From assembly GCF_022045235.1 (NCBI RefSeq), contig NW_027266267.1:33170001-33234000 (forward strand): a stretch of DNA of 64,000 nt, read 5' to 3'. The DNA is from Haliotis cracherodii (Eukaryota). Below the pieces are notes generated by a model. It saw only the letters and a program-made list of their open reading frames with translations, was not told the DNA's origin and ran no database searches. Positions 38,501-51,973 of the stretch are shown here, piece after piece; within the stretch, counting starts at the first letter, position 1, and each line of letters opens with the position of its first letter. Position numbers and translations under genes: made by a program.

Positions 38501-39909
38501 TAAGCAATATACGAAATGAAATGTCCCATTTCAAATTGCAAAGTAATTATTCCATATACAGTAAAGCATATCTGGACCCCAGTCAGCGTAATCCTAGATC
38601 CCCCACACGTGTCCACCCGTCTCGAATTTAAGTCATGTCAAAGTATGAATTTTTTCAGAGAGTCCATCATGTCGTATACTGAGCCACAACAACATGAGAA
38701 CACACCGAGTTGGTGAAGAACTATCACTGACAGTCAACGTGACGGGATATTACTGCTCTGAGTCGGTCCTCGTTCAACTGAGGACGGGCGATATCACAAG
38801 TTCTCTTCTCAATGAAACCGTTACCATGGTGAAGGACAGCACTGTCAACATAACATTTAACATGACAGCGTCCCACTTTGGCGACGTGGTCCTTGTATTT
38901 TCCTGTGGCAGCAAAAGTCGGCACGTGCTCTGTGAGGGACTACAGGCGCTGGATCAGAGTAAGAGTCAATACTACACATTCATAAACGATGAAGATGTAC
39001 ATATGGACAGAATTAACAGATAATCAATATGTCAGTTCTTTTAGTTTTGTAATTTAAACAGAGCTAGTGTATGTACAGACGCCATGAGCGTTTCAGTAAG
39101 CCATGTTAGGCCTTTAATAGGTATAATATAAACACACACACTCCTTCAATCTCATTAAAAGACAAAGGGGTAGAATAGGTCTTCAGCAACCCATGCTTGC
39201 CGTAAAAGGCGACTATGCTTGTCGTAAAAGGCGGATAAAGGGATCGGGTGGTCAGGCTTGCTGACTTGGTTGATGTATGTCATCGATCTCAATTGCGTGG
39301 TTCGGTGTTCATGATGTCAATCACTGGACTGTCTGGTCCAGACTTGATTATTTACAGACCGCCGTCATATAGCTGGAATAATACTGAGTGCGGCGTAAAG
39401 GAAACAAACAAACCAACCATTAAGAAAAAAACAACACACGTTTCTTTGTGTAAAGTCATACATCAGTTTCACTTTACTGTATTTTGTACTGTGTACTTAA
39501 CCAGCCTTCTGACCGTCCTGTAGGTATTTCTACAGTCCCAACCACCCAAACAGCCGTCACAAACAGAACCACAACGCAGAGAGCGTCAACTGATGATGAT
39601 CATACAACTGTCATCATTGTGGTGATTTGTGTCATTACAATCATCATCCTTATGATCATCCTAGTATTTTTGTGGAGGAGGATATGGATCAACAAGACGT
39701 CTCAATCATCAAAGAAGTATGTTGACGTTCACTACGTGCCGAAAGCTGAGTACGAAGATGCTGGGAGGACCAAGCGCGAGGCCGACCCTCAGGTAGACAG
39801 GGATGCTGGGAAGACCAAGCGCGAGGCAGACCTTCAGGCAGACGAAGATGCTGGGAGGATCAAGCGCGAGGCAGACCCTCAGGTAGACGAATATGCTGGG
39901 AAGGCCTAG
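35588..39909 (+). CDS. Ig-like type I membrane protein A; exons 35588-35663, 37651-37950, 38659-38958, 39524-39909
   Basis: Signal-like MFCSKPTRLLVYGTVLLCLVVILPC. Two 300-nt phase 1-1 exons (VNLTC...AGDWKC; LSLTV...YYC...FSC), Thr-rich stalk, TM VIIVVICVITIIILMIILVFLW then RR. GT-AG junctions keep the frame. Confidence 0.85.
35868..37552. repeat. 46-bp minisatellite, ~36 copies, in an intron of gene A
   Basis: ACACAGAACAGGGACACTGTTATTTACACACTGTCTGGCCATGTCT. Confidence 0.95.
38094..38376 (+). mobile_element. SINE family A (intron of gene A)
   Basis: Full-length copy; GATGTTGT direct repeat flanks. Confidence 0.85.
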
Positions 39910-40033
39910 CACGAGGCCGACCCTCAGGTAGACAGGGATGCTGGGAAGACCAAGCGCGAGGCAGACCCTCAGGTAGACGAAGATGCTGGGAAGGCCTAGC
40001 ACGAGGCCGACCCTCAGGTAGACAGGGATGCTG
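39753..40033 (+). repeat. 39-bp coding repeat (DAGRTKREADPQV) at the end of gene A
   Basis: About 7 units; TAG occurs in two of them. Confidence 0.85.
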
Positions 40034-41827
40034 AGGGTTAGAAAGACGTAAAACCAGCAAACCCTTTGCTGTCAAAGATGATGCCTAAACGACGTATCCA
40101 TACTGTCTGACACAAGAGGTGCGTAGAATAGCCACCTATAGACTGAATTATCCTGAATACAATTTTTTTTGTGATGCATGGTTAAACTGTAAAAATTTGT
40201 TTACAAAGACAACAATCTTGTGGTTCGCAGTTATACTTGCAGAAGGTGTAAATATTCAGAATTTATCATCCAAAGCTGGCCTCCTCAGCAGAAATGGCTT
40301 ATTTGAGATCATGATCAAGCGATGAAATTGCATCTCACTGCTTTGAGGCCAGTCGGTTACCATGACACCAAATGACATCATTAATACTCGTATCTGTGCC
40401 ACAAAAAGCAGGTTGTATGGTTTAAACTCAAGACATAAGTTTTTGCTATTAACAAACTGAACAGGTTGTCTCATTGATTTTGTATGATAAATAATTAGAA
40501 TCTTTTAGTATGAATACATGTGTGTGTGTGTATAAAATTATTAGGTGAGGTGAATTTGGGATTAACGTCGCGTCCAAGATTATTGCAATAATATAGCGAC
40601 GTGCATGCACGTGTGTGTGTGTGGCTGCTTGTACTAGGCCGGACTGATGCCGATTTATAGTTCTAGCTCACTGAGATACTATGCCGCAGTTTAACATGAA
40701 TATCCCACTAAGAAACAGTTTACTCCTAGCCGACCAGTCCTTGTTTTAGCCCCTTAATGACGAGCGCAAGACAGGGTCACAACAAGTACCATCTTTTAAC
40801 GTCTTTTGGTATATATAATTATTAACTCCTCTGCCTCGAAGGGTTGGATTTTTTTGTCAACTCTTATTTATAAATATAATATCATAACGCACTCGGGATA
40901 AATTTTGTATTCATTAAAGCCTTATCTCTACCATTATTAACGAGGAGCGGTGGGGTAGCATAGTGGTTAAAGTGCTTACTCGTCACGCCGAAGACCCGGG
41001 TTCGATTCTCCACATGGGTACAATGTGTGAAGCCCATTTCTGGGCCCCCCGCCGTGATATTGCTGGAATATTGCTTAGCATCACACAAGTCTTTTCATGT
41101 GTGTGTTATATCTGTAATTACAGCATTCCATTATTACGCTGTCGGACAATATTACGCTGTTTGGGACAACATAGTATTTTCCCTATTAATGTGCCACTGA
41201 TGACGGCTTACTAAAAAGGGTTTTAAACAGATAGTTGAAACATTGTTTGGCTTCAGCAAACTCCCCCAGGGAGAGATTGACTAAATGTAAATAATTCTAT
41301 TCATTTTGAATCTTAAATTTGGTAAGTTGTGTTACACGCGTGTTCACTTACAGTGAAACGTCATTAATTCATTGGGGGAATCGACTATATACTGAATTAT
41401 TTGAAGCGCCTCCAAATTATTTGTGAGTGAGTGAGTGAGTTTGGTTTTACGCCGCTTTTAGCAATATTCCAGCAATATCACGGCGGGGGATACCCGACCG
41501 CCCCCAAATTATTAGTAATGGCGGGTGAGGATTCTGTCGTACACTCACATCGTCTTAGTCGACGCACGGAGTTGGCATGGCTTCTCTTTATGTAATGCAA
41601 GTACTGTCATCGTGACTGCGGTGAAATAAGCATGCGTCATGTTCATGTGACAATGTGGCTTTCCACTTTACTCACTTGAGAGTTCCATTGTTTTCATCTA
41701 TAAATGATACATCCTCTTATATCTCGTGACACGGATATATTTAGCACGTGCACGGAAACAGATGTAATGTGCTTCGGATTTGATTTTGAATTTGAATAAT
41801 GAATAGTTTCTAAATAAATTTCATTTA

Positions 41828-42160
41828 CCGTATTCGACGTAAGAAGCACCCAGGGCGCTCTCAAAATTAGAAACAGGGGGCGCTTATTAGAATATTATTT
41901 TGAGTTGAAAGATCGTAAATTTCGTGGTTTATGCTAACTGCTTGAAATGTTTACATACGACAGATATATTTATCAAGAATTTAATTGCCAGTAATTAAGG
42001 GTTATATAACACACGAGTGCGTAGTATGCACGAATAAATAAGTCTTGCGTATATTGATCAATCGGAAGGGGTGCTGATTGGGATTGTTCACTAGCCATTA
42101 TATTAGCAAATATCGCCGTGGGCGCTTATTAGAGCAGGGCGCTTATTACGTCGAATACGG
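41828..42160 (-). mobile_element. MITE, same family, inverted
   Basis: Reverse-complement match to 35017-35362, TA-flanked. Confidence 0.8.
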
Positions 42161-42583
42161 TATGTTCACCATACATTTGTATAGAATACATTACTGGGTA
42201 CATGAAAGAGTTGTCTATTTAGTTTCACCCTTGAATGAGTCTAGTTTTTTTATGATGAAGTCAGCAATATAACTGCTGTATGTCAATGGTTGACACGTTA
42301 TCGGATTACAATAGTCACACAGTCAGCCGGATCAAACATATCGCATGACCAGGAAGTTCTGGTCGTTTTAACGTGTAATGCACACAGGGAAATACCACTA
42401 CGGAATACCAGTGAATTCAGCAAAGCAGTTAATTTATTGAATGAAACAAATTTAATAAAAAACATTTTTTGCATTTATAAAGAGCGTTTAAAATAGAATG
42501 CAATACTCCTGGCGACAACCTAGTGATCGCACAAAGGTGATAACTGGTTTAAAGTGGGTTGATGAACACAGTGAAGCATAGCG

Positions 42584-43845
42584 ACAGACCAGAACACAAG
42601 TACTATTACAAACCAGAATAATAAATGATATTACAGACCAGAACACAAGTAGTATTACAGACGAGAACACAAATTGTATTACAGACCAGAACACATGTAC
42701 TATTACATACCAGAACACAAGTTGTTTTACAGACCAGAACACATATTATATCACAAGCCAGAACACAAGTAGTATTACAGACCAGAACATACGTACTATT
42801 ACAAACCAGAACACAAGTACTAATATAGACCAGAACATAAATACTATTACAGACCAGAACACAAGTACTATTATAAACCAGAACACAAGTACTATTATAA
42901 ACCAGAACATAAGTACTATAATTACAGACCAGAACACAACTACTTTTATAGACCAGAACACAAGTACTATTATAGAACAGAACCCAAGTACTATTATAGA
43001 CCATGACACAAGTAGTATTACAGACGAGAACATAAGTACTCTTACAGAACAAACACAAGTACAATTACAGACCAGAACACAAGTAGTATTACAGACCAGA
43101 TCATAAGTAGTATAACAGACCAGAACACAAGTACTATTACAAGCCAGAACACAAGTACTATTACAAACCAGAATAATAAATAATATCACAGACCAGAACA
43201 TAAGCAGTATTACAGACGAGAACACAAATTGTATTACAGACCAGAACACAAGTAGTATTACAGACCAGAACACATATTATATTACAAGCCAGAACACAAG
43301 TAGTATTACAGACCAGAACATACGTGCTCTAACAGAACAGAACACACGTACTATTACAGACCAGAACACAAGTACTAATATAGACCAGAACATAAATACT
43401 ATTACAGACCAGAACACATGTACTATTACAGACCAGAACACATATTATATTACAAGCCAGAACACAAGTAGTATTACAGACCAGAACATAAGTACTATTA
43501 AAGACCAGAACATAAGTTGGATTACAGACCGGAACACAAGTACTATTATAGACCAGAAGGCAAGTACTATTACAGACCAGAACATAAGTACTATTACAGA
43601 ACAGAACACAAGTACTATTATAGACCAGAACACATGTAATATTAAAAGACCAGAGCATAAGTACTATTATAGACCAGAACAGAAGTACTATTACAGACCG
43701 GAACACAAGTATAATTACAGACCAGAACACAAGTACTATTATAGACCAGAAGGCAAGTACTATTACAGACCAGAACAAAAGTACTATTACAGACAACAAC
43801 ACATGTAGTATTACAGACAACAACACAAGCACTATTACAGACCAA
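42584..43845. repeat. ~24-bp minisatellite between the convergent Ig-like genes
   Basis: ACAGACCAGAACACAAGTACTATT variants. Confidence 0.9.
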
Positions 43846-44201
43846 ACGTTATAGGGTACTACAATTCCCTTTCTGTCTGATCGAGACACGCACGTGTTGC
43901 GGCATGTTAGATCAGTGGGATATTAAGACCCCTATACTAAACAATAAATCCTGGACAAATAGAGGGATTTTCATGAGTACATCGCACTATACGCACATAC
44001 TCCTGAATGAGTGCAACACAGATATATATCACATGCGTTGGTCTATGTCAACTTACGGTGCTTTAATGAAGCTGGATCTCAGGTCTTAGTTCAGCCAGTG
44101 GAACGTGATTCATGTGTAAACATCACGTCACAGAAAAGGCAGAGGAAACAGTCACGCCCGGTACCATTATGTCACCTCGATCTGCCATCATTGATTTCAC
44201 G

Positions 44202-44906
44202 TCAATGTTCAGCCATTTCACGATCTTCCGGTTTGTCAACAGATGCTGATAACCTATTATCTAGTTCGACAGGTGATGGGGACGGTTGCAGCACTACCGT
44301 TGGTTCTTTACATCCACATTCCTCTCTCAGGACGAAGATTACACCGATGATAACAGCAATGATTATAACAACTATGATGCTAACAGCTATGATGCTAACA
44401 GCTATGATAATGACAGCTATGATGATAACAGCTGTGATGCTAACAGCTATGATGCTAACAGCAATGATAATAACAGCTATGATGCTAACAACTATGATGA
44501 TAACAACTATGATGATAACAACTATGATAATAACAGCTATGATGCTAACAGCTATGATGATAACAACTATGATGATAACAACTATGATGATAACAGCTAT
44601 GATAATAACAGCTATGATGCTAACAGCTATGATGCTAACAGCTATGGTGCTAACAGCTATGATAATAACAGCTATGATGCTAACAACTATGATGATAACA
44701 ACTATGATGATAACAACTATGATGATAACAACTATGATAATAACAGCTATGATAATAACAGCTATGATGATAACAGCTATGATAATAACAGCTATGATGA
44801 TAACAGATATGATGATTACAGCTATGATGATTACAGCTATGATGATAACAGCAATGATGATAACAGGAACTGGGTTCCTAACAATAAGAGGCGTAGAACT
44901 TAACAC
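44202..44906 (-). other. Duplicated terminal (TM plus tail) exon of gene B with a 15-bp repeat expansion in the TM segment
   Basis: Tail SVDKPEDREMAEH* resembles SVNKAEDGTLDIDEH*; downstream 44085-44205 parallels 45035-45155. The 5' boundary is a weak candidate acceptor. Confidence 0.65.
44345..44866. repeat. 15-bp tandem repeat (GATAACAGCTATGAT variants)
   Basis: About 35 copies; encodes (VIIIA)n on the - strand. Confidence 0.92.
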
Positions 44907-45151
44907 TAAGAACTTTGTATTGTAACTGATGGAAATATCCATAATGACATACACAAATAAAACTTAAGGACATAATGACGAAACAAACTATGAACGTTTT
45001 CAACAGATATAAACCTTCATGTTCAGCATATTAAGTCTTATTTCAGCCAGTGGAACGAGATAAATGTCTAACCATCCACGAGACAGAAGAGGCAGAGGAA
45101 ACAGGGGCGCCCGGTACAATGTTACCTCGATCTGTCAACAATGAGTCCATT

Positions 45152-47701
45152 TCAATGTTCGTCAATATCAAGAGTTCCATCTTCAGCTTTGTTAACAGAC
45201 TTTGTTAACATTGCAATTTTTTCGTGAGGTGGTGGAGGCTGGTTATTTCCTCGCGTTGGCTTCTTACGTTTCTTTCTTCAGAAGAGGATCACAAAGATGA
45301 TAACTACGACGATGACGACAATAATGGCAACTGGGATCCCAACACTAACCCCCATATTGCTGGCAGACTCCTCTGTGTCCCGTCCATCTGATGTGGGAGG
45401 AACACTGAATTGTGTTGAGGATGTCGTGATGTTAGACCGTGCGTCTGCAGGAGAGTGATAGGGAAGAACTTAAATCCTTCCTAAACAATGATTATGTACT
45501 TACTTAGGATGGTTTAATATTATGATGACATATCAGATGATCAGTATACATGTATATGCTATTGAGAAATGTCCAGTTGAAGAAACAGTGATACACATGT
45601 AAGCATACAAAACGGACATCGTAAACAAAATGAAAAGCATGATACCAAATTGGAATGGTGCATGATAGACTAAGACAATAACAGAAAAGTTGCAGACACC
45701 TGTTGTTAATGCCCTGTGATAGTATGATAGTATTCGTTCTTACCTTGTGCCAGTCGATGTACACCCTCACAGGACACGTTCCAGCTGCTGCCACTACAAG
45801 CGTACATCAGACTGACCTCCCCAAAGTGTGAGTCTGTTACAAGGAACTCTGTGGTCCATACTGTGGTATTAACAACTGTGTGGTTGGTGAGGGTGATGTT
45901 GACGCTTCCAGTTGTCAGCGTAACTAAAAACGGCTCAGAGCAGTAGCCTCTTGAAAGATGCACAGACAGTGCTAGTTTGTCGCCCTCGTTGAGCGAGCTG
46001 GTGTTCTTGTCGCTACTTACGTCACATGTTGGTATCTCTGAAAGTTATGATGCACATAATGGACAATGATAACAAAAACCTGACACAGAAAAACAAATAA
46101 ACTGATTTCTTTACCCATTGATTGAGAATCTACTTAATATCTTCACAGTTTTGTTCCCTTTTCCAGGAATTCTGCTGTGCGTTATTGGTGAGTTCATAAT
46201 ATATTTGGGATGTAACAAGTGACGATTTAAGTTAGTGAGTTGGGTTTAACGCCGCTTTTAACAGTATTCCAGTCATATCACGGCGTGTAGCTTAATGTGG
46301 GAGGAAAGCCCGAGGTAATGCAGGTCTCAGACGTTTACCACTTCGGTGAAACCCACGAGCAGGGGTATGATGCTGACAAACCTAGAAACATATTCGGGGC
46401 GAACCGGGATTCGAACCCACAATCATAGGTTTCTGGCGTGCCCAAGGGACGCAACTCTGCACGGCGAATCGCGGCACCTTAGATGACTGGGACACCCGTG
46501 CCCCCCGATTTAAGAAAATGTTCGTCATTACGAGTAGCATTTGCGTGATCAGGATATGCTGGTTCTTGTGATGCTTTTATTTATGTCCGGACCTAAAGAT
46601 TCAGTTATGTATTCACATTTTTGTATTTTAATAATACTTGTGATGACGTGCAACACTTATAGGACATCATATTAAGCTTGGACTAAGGTTAGGTTTATAC
46701 TTAGGCGCCAAAGTGACTTAGATCAACTGTTCATATTTACCAACAACAGTCACGTGACAAGTCTCAGGGTATGGATCATCTGCATCGTCGACACATTTCC
46801 AAACACCTCCATGTGACCGCAGTGTCTTTGGTACAGTGAGAACACTGCACGTCGTGTTGATGACTGATGCCGTGAAGTTACCCAGTGGTATGCACCTTCC
46901 GCCTGCCAGATCACACGACGCGGCAGTCGTTCCTCTCGGTGTTGCGAAGGAGTGTGCTTTTGCAGCAGCGTTGACGTAACATGTCAGATTCATTGACGAG
47001 CCCAGTTTAACCATTGGAGGACAGTGAAAATTGGATGTGCCTTTGAGAAAAACATCACAAAATATGACATCATTGATATGAACTATTTTGAGATATTAAT
47101 ATCCTGACAACGTACAGAGTACACTGAACAGAGCAGAAGAATATGATTGATTTTACCCAGCCAAATATCATACTTCCCAAATACAAACTTTATGAACAAA
47201 GTCGTCTACCACTATGTACATCGTAATCAGGCATTCTATGCTTTACCTTTGTCCTTAAAGGGGGCACGGGTGGCCCAGTCGTCTACGGCGCCGCGATTCG
47301 TTGTGCAGAGTTGCGTCCCTTGGGCACGCCAGAAACCTATGACTGTGGGTTCGAGTCCCGGTTCACCCCGATTATGTTTCTTGGTCAGCATCATACCCCC
47401 TACTCGTGGGTGTCACCGAAGTGGTAAACGTCTGAGACCTGCATCACTTCGGGCTTTCCTCCCACATTAAGCTGACACGCCGTAATATAACTGTAATACT
47501 GTTACAAGCGGCGTTTAACCCAACTCACTCACTTTGTCCTTAAATAACTCTGGATATATGATAAATAATGAGGTGAATAAATGATAAACATGTGATGAGA
47601 GAAGAATATAACCTACAGTAGACGGTTGTCATGAAAAGTAAAATAAAGATGGAAGAACGCCGGTACCCAGTACATCGACTGCCTCTCTGGAGGACTGGCA
47701 T
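45152..47701 (-). CDS. Ig-like type I membrane protein B, paralog of A; exons 47701-47617, 47040-46741, 46037-45744, 45444-45152; in-frame TGA at 45280-45278 just after the TM
   Basis: Exon 2 aligns with gene A (GTTAASCDLAGGRCIPLGNF vs GTTAASCHLSDRKCIPLGDF; DPYPETCH vs DPDPETCH). Phase 1 GT-AG junctions. TM VGIPVAIIVVIVVVIIFVILF. Confidence 0.8.
46232..46506 (-). mobile_element. SINE family A (intron of gene B)
   Basis: Full-length copy; TSD CGATTTAAG. Confidence 0.85.
47260..47532 (+). mobile_element. SINE family A (intron of gene B)
   Basis: Full-length copy; TSD CTTTGTCCTTAAA. Confidence 0.85.
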
Positions 47702-48854
47702 CTGTAAACACGTACATGAAGATCAGTTGGCACATATTCAAAGGTGAGGTTAAATGGGTTCAACGTCGTGTTCAAAATCATTGCAATTATATAGAGACGT
47801 GCATGCACGTGTGTGTGGCTTGTGTTTCCGGACGTATGCGTGTTTCAAAGTGCTTGCCCACTTGGATAGCATGCACAGTACATATGTACTGGCTATGGTG
47901 GTCGAGAGGGGGACATCGCTTTCTCGCTCAATCACTTTCTCGCCCTATCGCTTTGTCGCTTTCTCGCGGGAAGACAATATCCCTTCTTGACCCCTGTATG
48001 GATCGCATGTGTTTCTGGTGTCCCCCGCTGTGATGTTGCTGGAATATTGCTAAAAGCGGCGTAAAACCATACTCACTCACTAAACATAATTAAACTGTAC
48101 AAACGAAGGTGGTTTGAAAACAATCCACGGATGTCTGCGTAAAATGTAATTGTTTGTTTTTTATGGCCCTATTTAGGTTTATGTGATCATCACGCCGATA
48201 GTGCCGCCAAAGCGCGTGGCGGGTCATGGTAATACGCTCTAAATTAATCAGTTTCAAAAATATATTTTTCAAAAGAACTCTATAGTTAATCAGTCATGGC
48301 TCTTTGTTTTGCAAAAGACAATCTTATAATTGTAAGTGTTCTTTAACTTGTTTTGAGTAGAATAATATGATGCTACATTGTGTCATACTATTGTACGTAA
48401 ATATTCCTTTTACATTTGATTTATGATCAACTTGTGTTGTGGCTCTTGTCTTGTGCAAATCTACAAGTATATTCCCTTGCACATAATAATTTGATTAACA
48501 CCACTGTGAGTAAGTATGGATTTTTAACAATATTCCAGCAATATCACGGTGGGGGGAACACCTGAAATGGGCTTCAGACATTGTACGCATGTGGGGAGTC
48601 GAACCTGGGTCTTCGGCGTGACGAGCGAACGCTTTAACCACTAGGTCGCTGTGACAATGGTGCTATCACAGCTTATATATGTACTTGGGTAAATTACCCA
48701 TACGGATAGACATCCTAATTAGTGTGGTCACACAGTTAATGTTGATAACAATATGAATGCATAACTGTGATTATCTATAACGCGTGTTAAATCAGCTATC
48801 ATTCTAATATTTCATGTATATATATTTTGAATATAGTTTTGTCAAAATTAGATA

Positions 48855-49014
48855 CAGTAAACTACGGTTATAACGAACTCAAAAGGACCACTAAGTTTAG
48901 TTCGTTATAACCGTAGTTCGTTATAAGCATATATACAGCATGACGACAGCAAATAGTCGGGACAAAAAAGTAGGTTCGTTATATCCGTCAGTTCGTTATA
49001 AACGTAATTTACTG
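48855..49014. mobile_element. Tigger/pogo-like MITE
   Basis: TA-CAGTAAA..ACG.TTATAACGAAC TIRs and internal GTTCGTTATA repeats. Confidence 0.75.
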
Positions 49015-51334
49015 TATGTGGGTTGATGGCCTGTCTTGTCTGTCACCCTCAGTCAAGTGTGTGCGTGCGTGCGTGCGTGCGTATATGTCTGACTCACTGT
49101 CTGTGAATTTGTGTGTATATATGATAGAAAATTACATAACTCACACCAGAACGCACAATTGATAACAACCATACAGTTCAATAGATAGAGAATTGTTACA
49201 TAAATATAAATATTCCTGCTTGACCAAAGAGAGCATATCTCGTCTCACCTGAAGTTAAAGTTAAATTCTATTTTACATGAACATTAGCATGAAATGTCAT
49301 TCCCGAAGACAGTTTGATCGAAAGGAATTATAAGAAACGGTTTGTTTTTAAATATCATGTGCAACGCATTATATTTCTTTTGTCCGAGGAATGAGGTTTA
49401 GGGTTAATAACGCTCTCAAATGTCTTAACATAAGGTAAGAATTTATATGGAATCGATCTCTATTTTGCAAGGGAAACATAACTATGTACATGTATAGCTT
49501 TTGTCTGCATAATGTACATGCATCTTCATCAATATTATTGTCATCCCTAAATCGGACAAGCACATATAAGACTTCAATCCAAATCTGTTGAGCTTCAAAA
49601 TAATTCATAAGACAATGCAAACAATACAAACAGTGGCTGATAAGACTGACAATGATCTGTATGTAATTCATCGTCTGTTGCAGTTCCATGTATCTTTTAA
49701 AGTTTCATTTTAAAAATTGATGGAAGAATGGGGTGGCATTATGGATACAATCAACATATGAAAAGCGACTTCTGTGAATCTTGCTAATTTACTACACCAC
49801 AAGAAAATAAACACATACTTGTATACAAACTAAACTTGAGATATCACTCTTTATTTATGTCCAACATATATGTTCTGCAAAATTTAAAAAAAGTTAGGTA
49901 TAAGGGTCAAAATAGCGGTGAGAATTATAGGAATGGATCACTGAATATCAGCAAAAAATAATTAATTTACGACATTATGGTAAATATCGCTTTCTCACTT
50001 TCATATGAAAGACTCGGTTGTTCTTTAACGTCTTCTGAATAGTATGTACTGTAAATCTTGAAATTAAATAAGGATAAGAATTTATGGATGAACAAAAGTT
50101 ACTTCTTGATTACAATTAAGAGCGACGTTTCGGTGTAGGTTCTGACAACGTTATCAAGCAAGTGAGTTAATTAAATGCAAAAATGCGACTTGACTAATTT
50201 AACTTTGCATTCATGTCTCAGAAATGACTTTTGATAAGACGGCCTTCCTGCACACATTATCACATTACGGTTTATTGAGAATATGTCACTCAAACATTAG
50301 AAAATACATAATGGACATCCGATGAGTTAGCATTGCTGGAGTAAGGACTTCCTGTTTGATGACATCTTTGCTATTAGGAAAACACTATTGTTTGTAGGGA
50401 AGTACACTACACAGCGCTATCAGGCAGTGTTATGTGCTGATTGTATTGGTTACTGGGTATTACGCAGAGATCTGTGGATTGTTGTAAAAGCACCTACGTC
50501 TGTACAGTTAAATCATGTAATTATGTTTAAGTAGATAGTGAGAACATTTCAACATTCCCTCCATATATATGATTTGAAATGTGAAATATCTCAGCTCTAT
50601 TTTATGATCTAAGTAAGGATACGATATATGGATGAACAACTTCTTTATTGCAATTGGGAGCGACGTTTCGGTGTAGGTTCTGACAACTTTATCAAGTAAG
50701 TCATGTACAGAGTATGGTTGACAAGTATATGTACAGGTAGGGGGCAGTGTTTATACAGTTGGGTAGATTAAGTTGGAGTGGAGAAGCATGTTATGTACAC
50801 AAAAAGGTGAAGCCTCTATTACGATTAAAACCCACTTCAGCCTCACCCCCACCCCCACCAAATGAAGAAAACAACAGCAGTGGCAGTTACTTTTTTGTAG
50901 TGGTAGCGACAGCTGTGGTGTTTGTAAGTGATATGGCAGTCGTTTTCATACAAACTATATTGGTAGTAGTAGGTTGTCATGGTAGATAGTAACAGCCGCA
51001 GTGTAGTGGACTTACTTCCTCGTGGAATTGTTTAATGTTTGAAACATTTTCCTTCATAATTGTACATTACGTTCGTTATCTATTGAATCCTAGAAGGAAC
51101 ATTGCCTCATTGTCGAGCTTTGGTCAATTTTGACACTTTTTGCTTGTTTTTGTAAGGGCGACAAAGAGACAATGTGACAACGTGACAATTTTCCTTCTAG
51201 GATTCCATAGTTATGGTACGGAGATCATGGCGTAATACACAAACAACTGCATGTTATAATCGTCTACATATGGACGTTAAAAGAGCAGCACAAGTAAGTA
51301 AGCGAATGACTTCTGGTTGAACGCGTCTTTGAGA

Positions 51335-51570
51335 GAGTAGATTTGGTTTAACGCTGCCTTTGACCAGAAGTCCAGTTATATCACGGCGTATCAGCTGGAT
51401 GTGGGAGATAAGCCTGAAGGGATGAAAGTTTCAGGTGCTTAGCACTTTGGTGAAACCCACGAGTCCGGGTTTGGTGCTGACAACCGGGATTCAAACTCAC
51501 GATCATAGGTTTCTGGTATGCCCAGGGGATGCAACTCTGCACAGCGAATTGCGGCGCCAACCTTGCCCCC
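51335..51570 (-). mobile_element. SINE family A, degenerate
   Basis: Diverged, internally deleted reverse copy. Confidence 0.7.
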
Positions 51571-51973
51571 TGTTACATCCGTTCACCTTTTCAGTATTTG
51601 ATAGTGATTCGTACATAAGTCTACTAGGAGATATTTGCTTGATCTCGTACAACAGATATCTCCCATGTCAGTCAGCGTAGAATGACAGACCACGAGCCAA
51701 GCTTATCCCCAGGAGTTCAATAAATACTGCAGAAAGGTTAGTTGTAAATAATGGAAACATAACGAAATATATACATACGTTAGTCGTCAAAGGTGGCAAT
51801 ACTCGGATTCCTGTACCAGCAAACTGCACACATCGGGTAAACTAATATATCGTGGTAATCTACTTCGTCATGTACAGATTTGTAAACCAATTGCATCGTT
51901 TCTCTTATCAGCTGATCCGGGTTTCTGTTTATTGTTACTGTTACAATATGCACTGCTTTATTTACGAGTGCTA

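Noticed and set aside
40943-41020. tRNA genes
   Set aside because: tRNA-like heads run into SINE bodies and tails; they are SINEs.
42488-43889. Hydrophobic Val/Cys-rich ORFs
   Set aside because: Translations of the 24-bp minisatellite.
44286-44903. Asp/Asn/Tyr-rich ORF resembling a shell-matrix protein
   Set aside because: Antisense reading of the 15-bp repeat; flanks match gene B's terminal exon on the opposite strand; no signal peptide.
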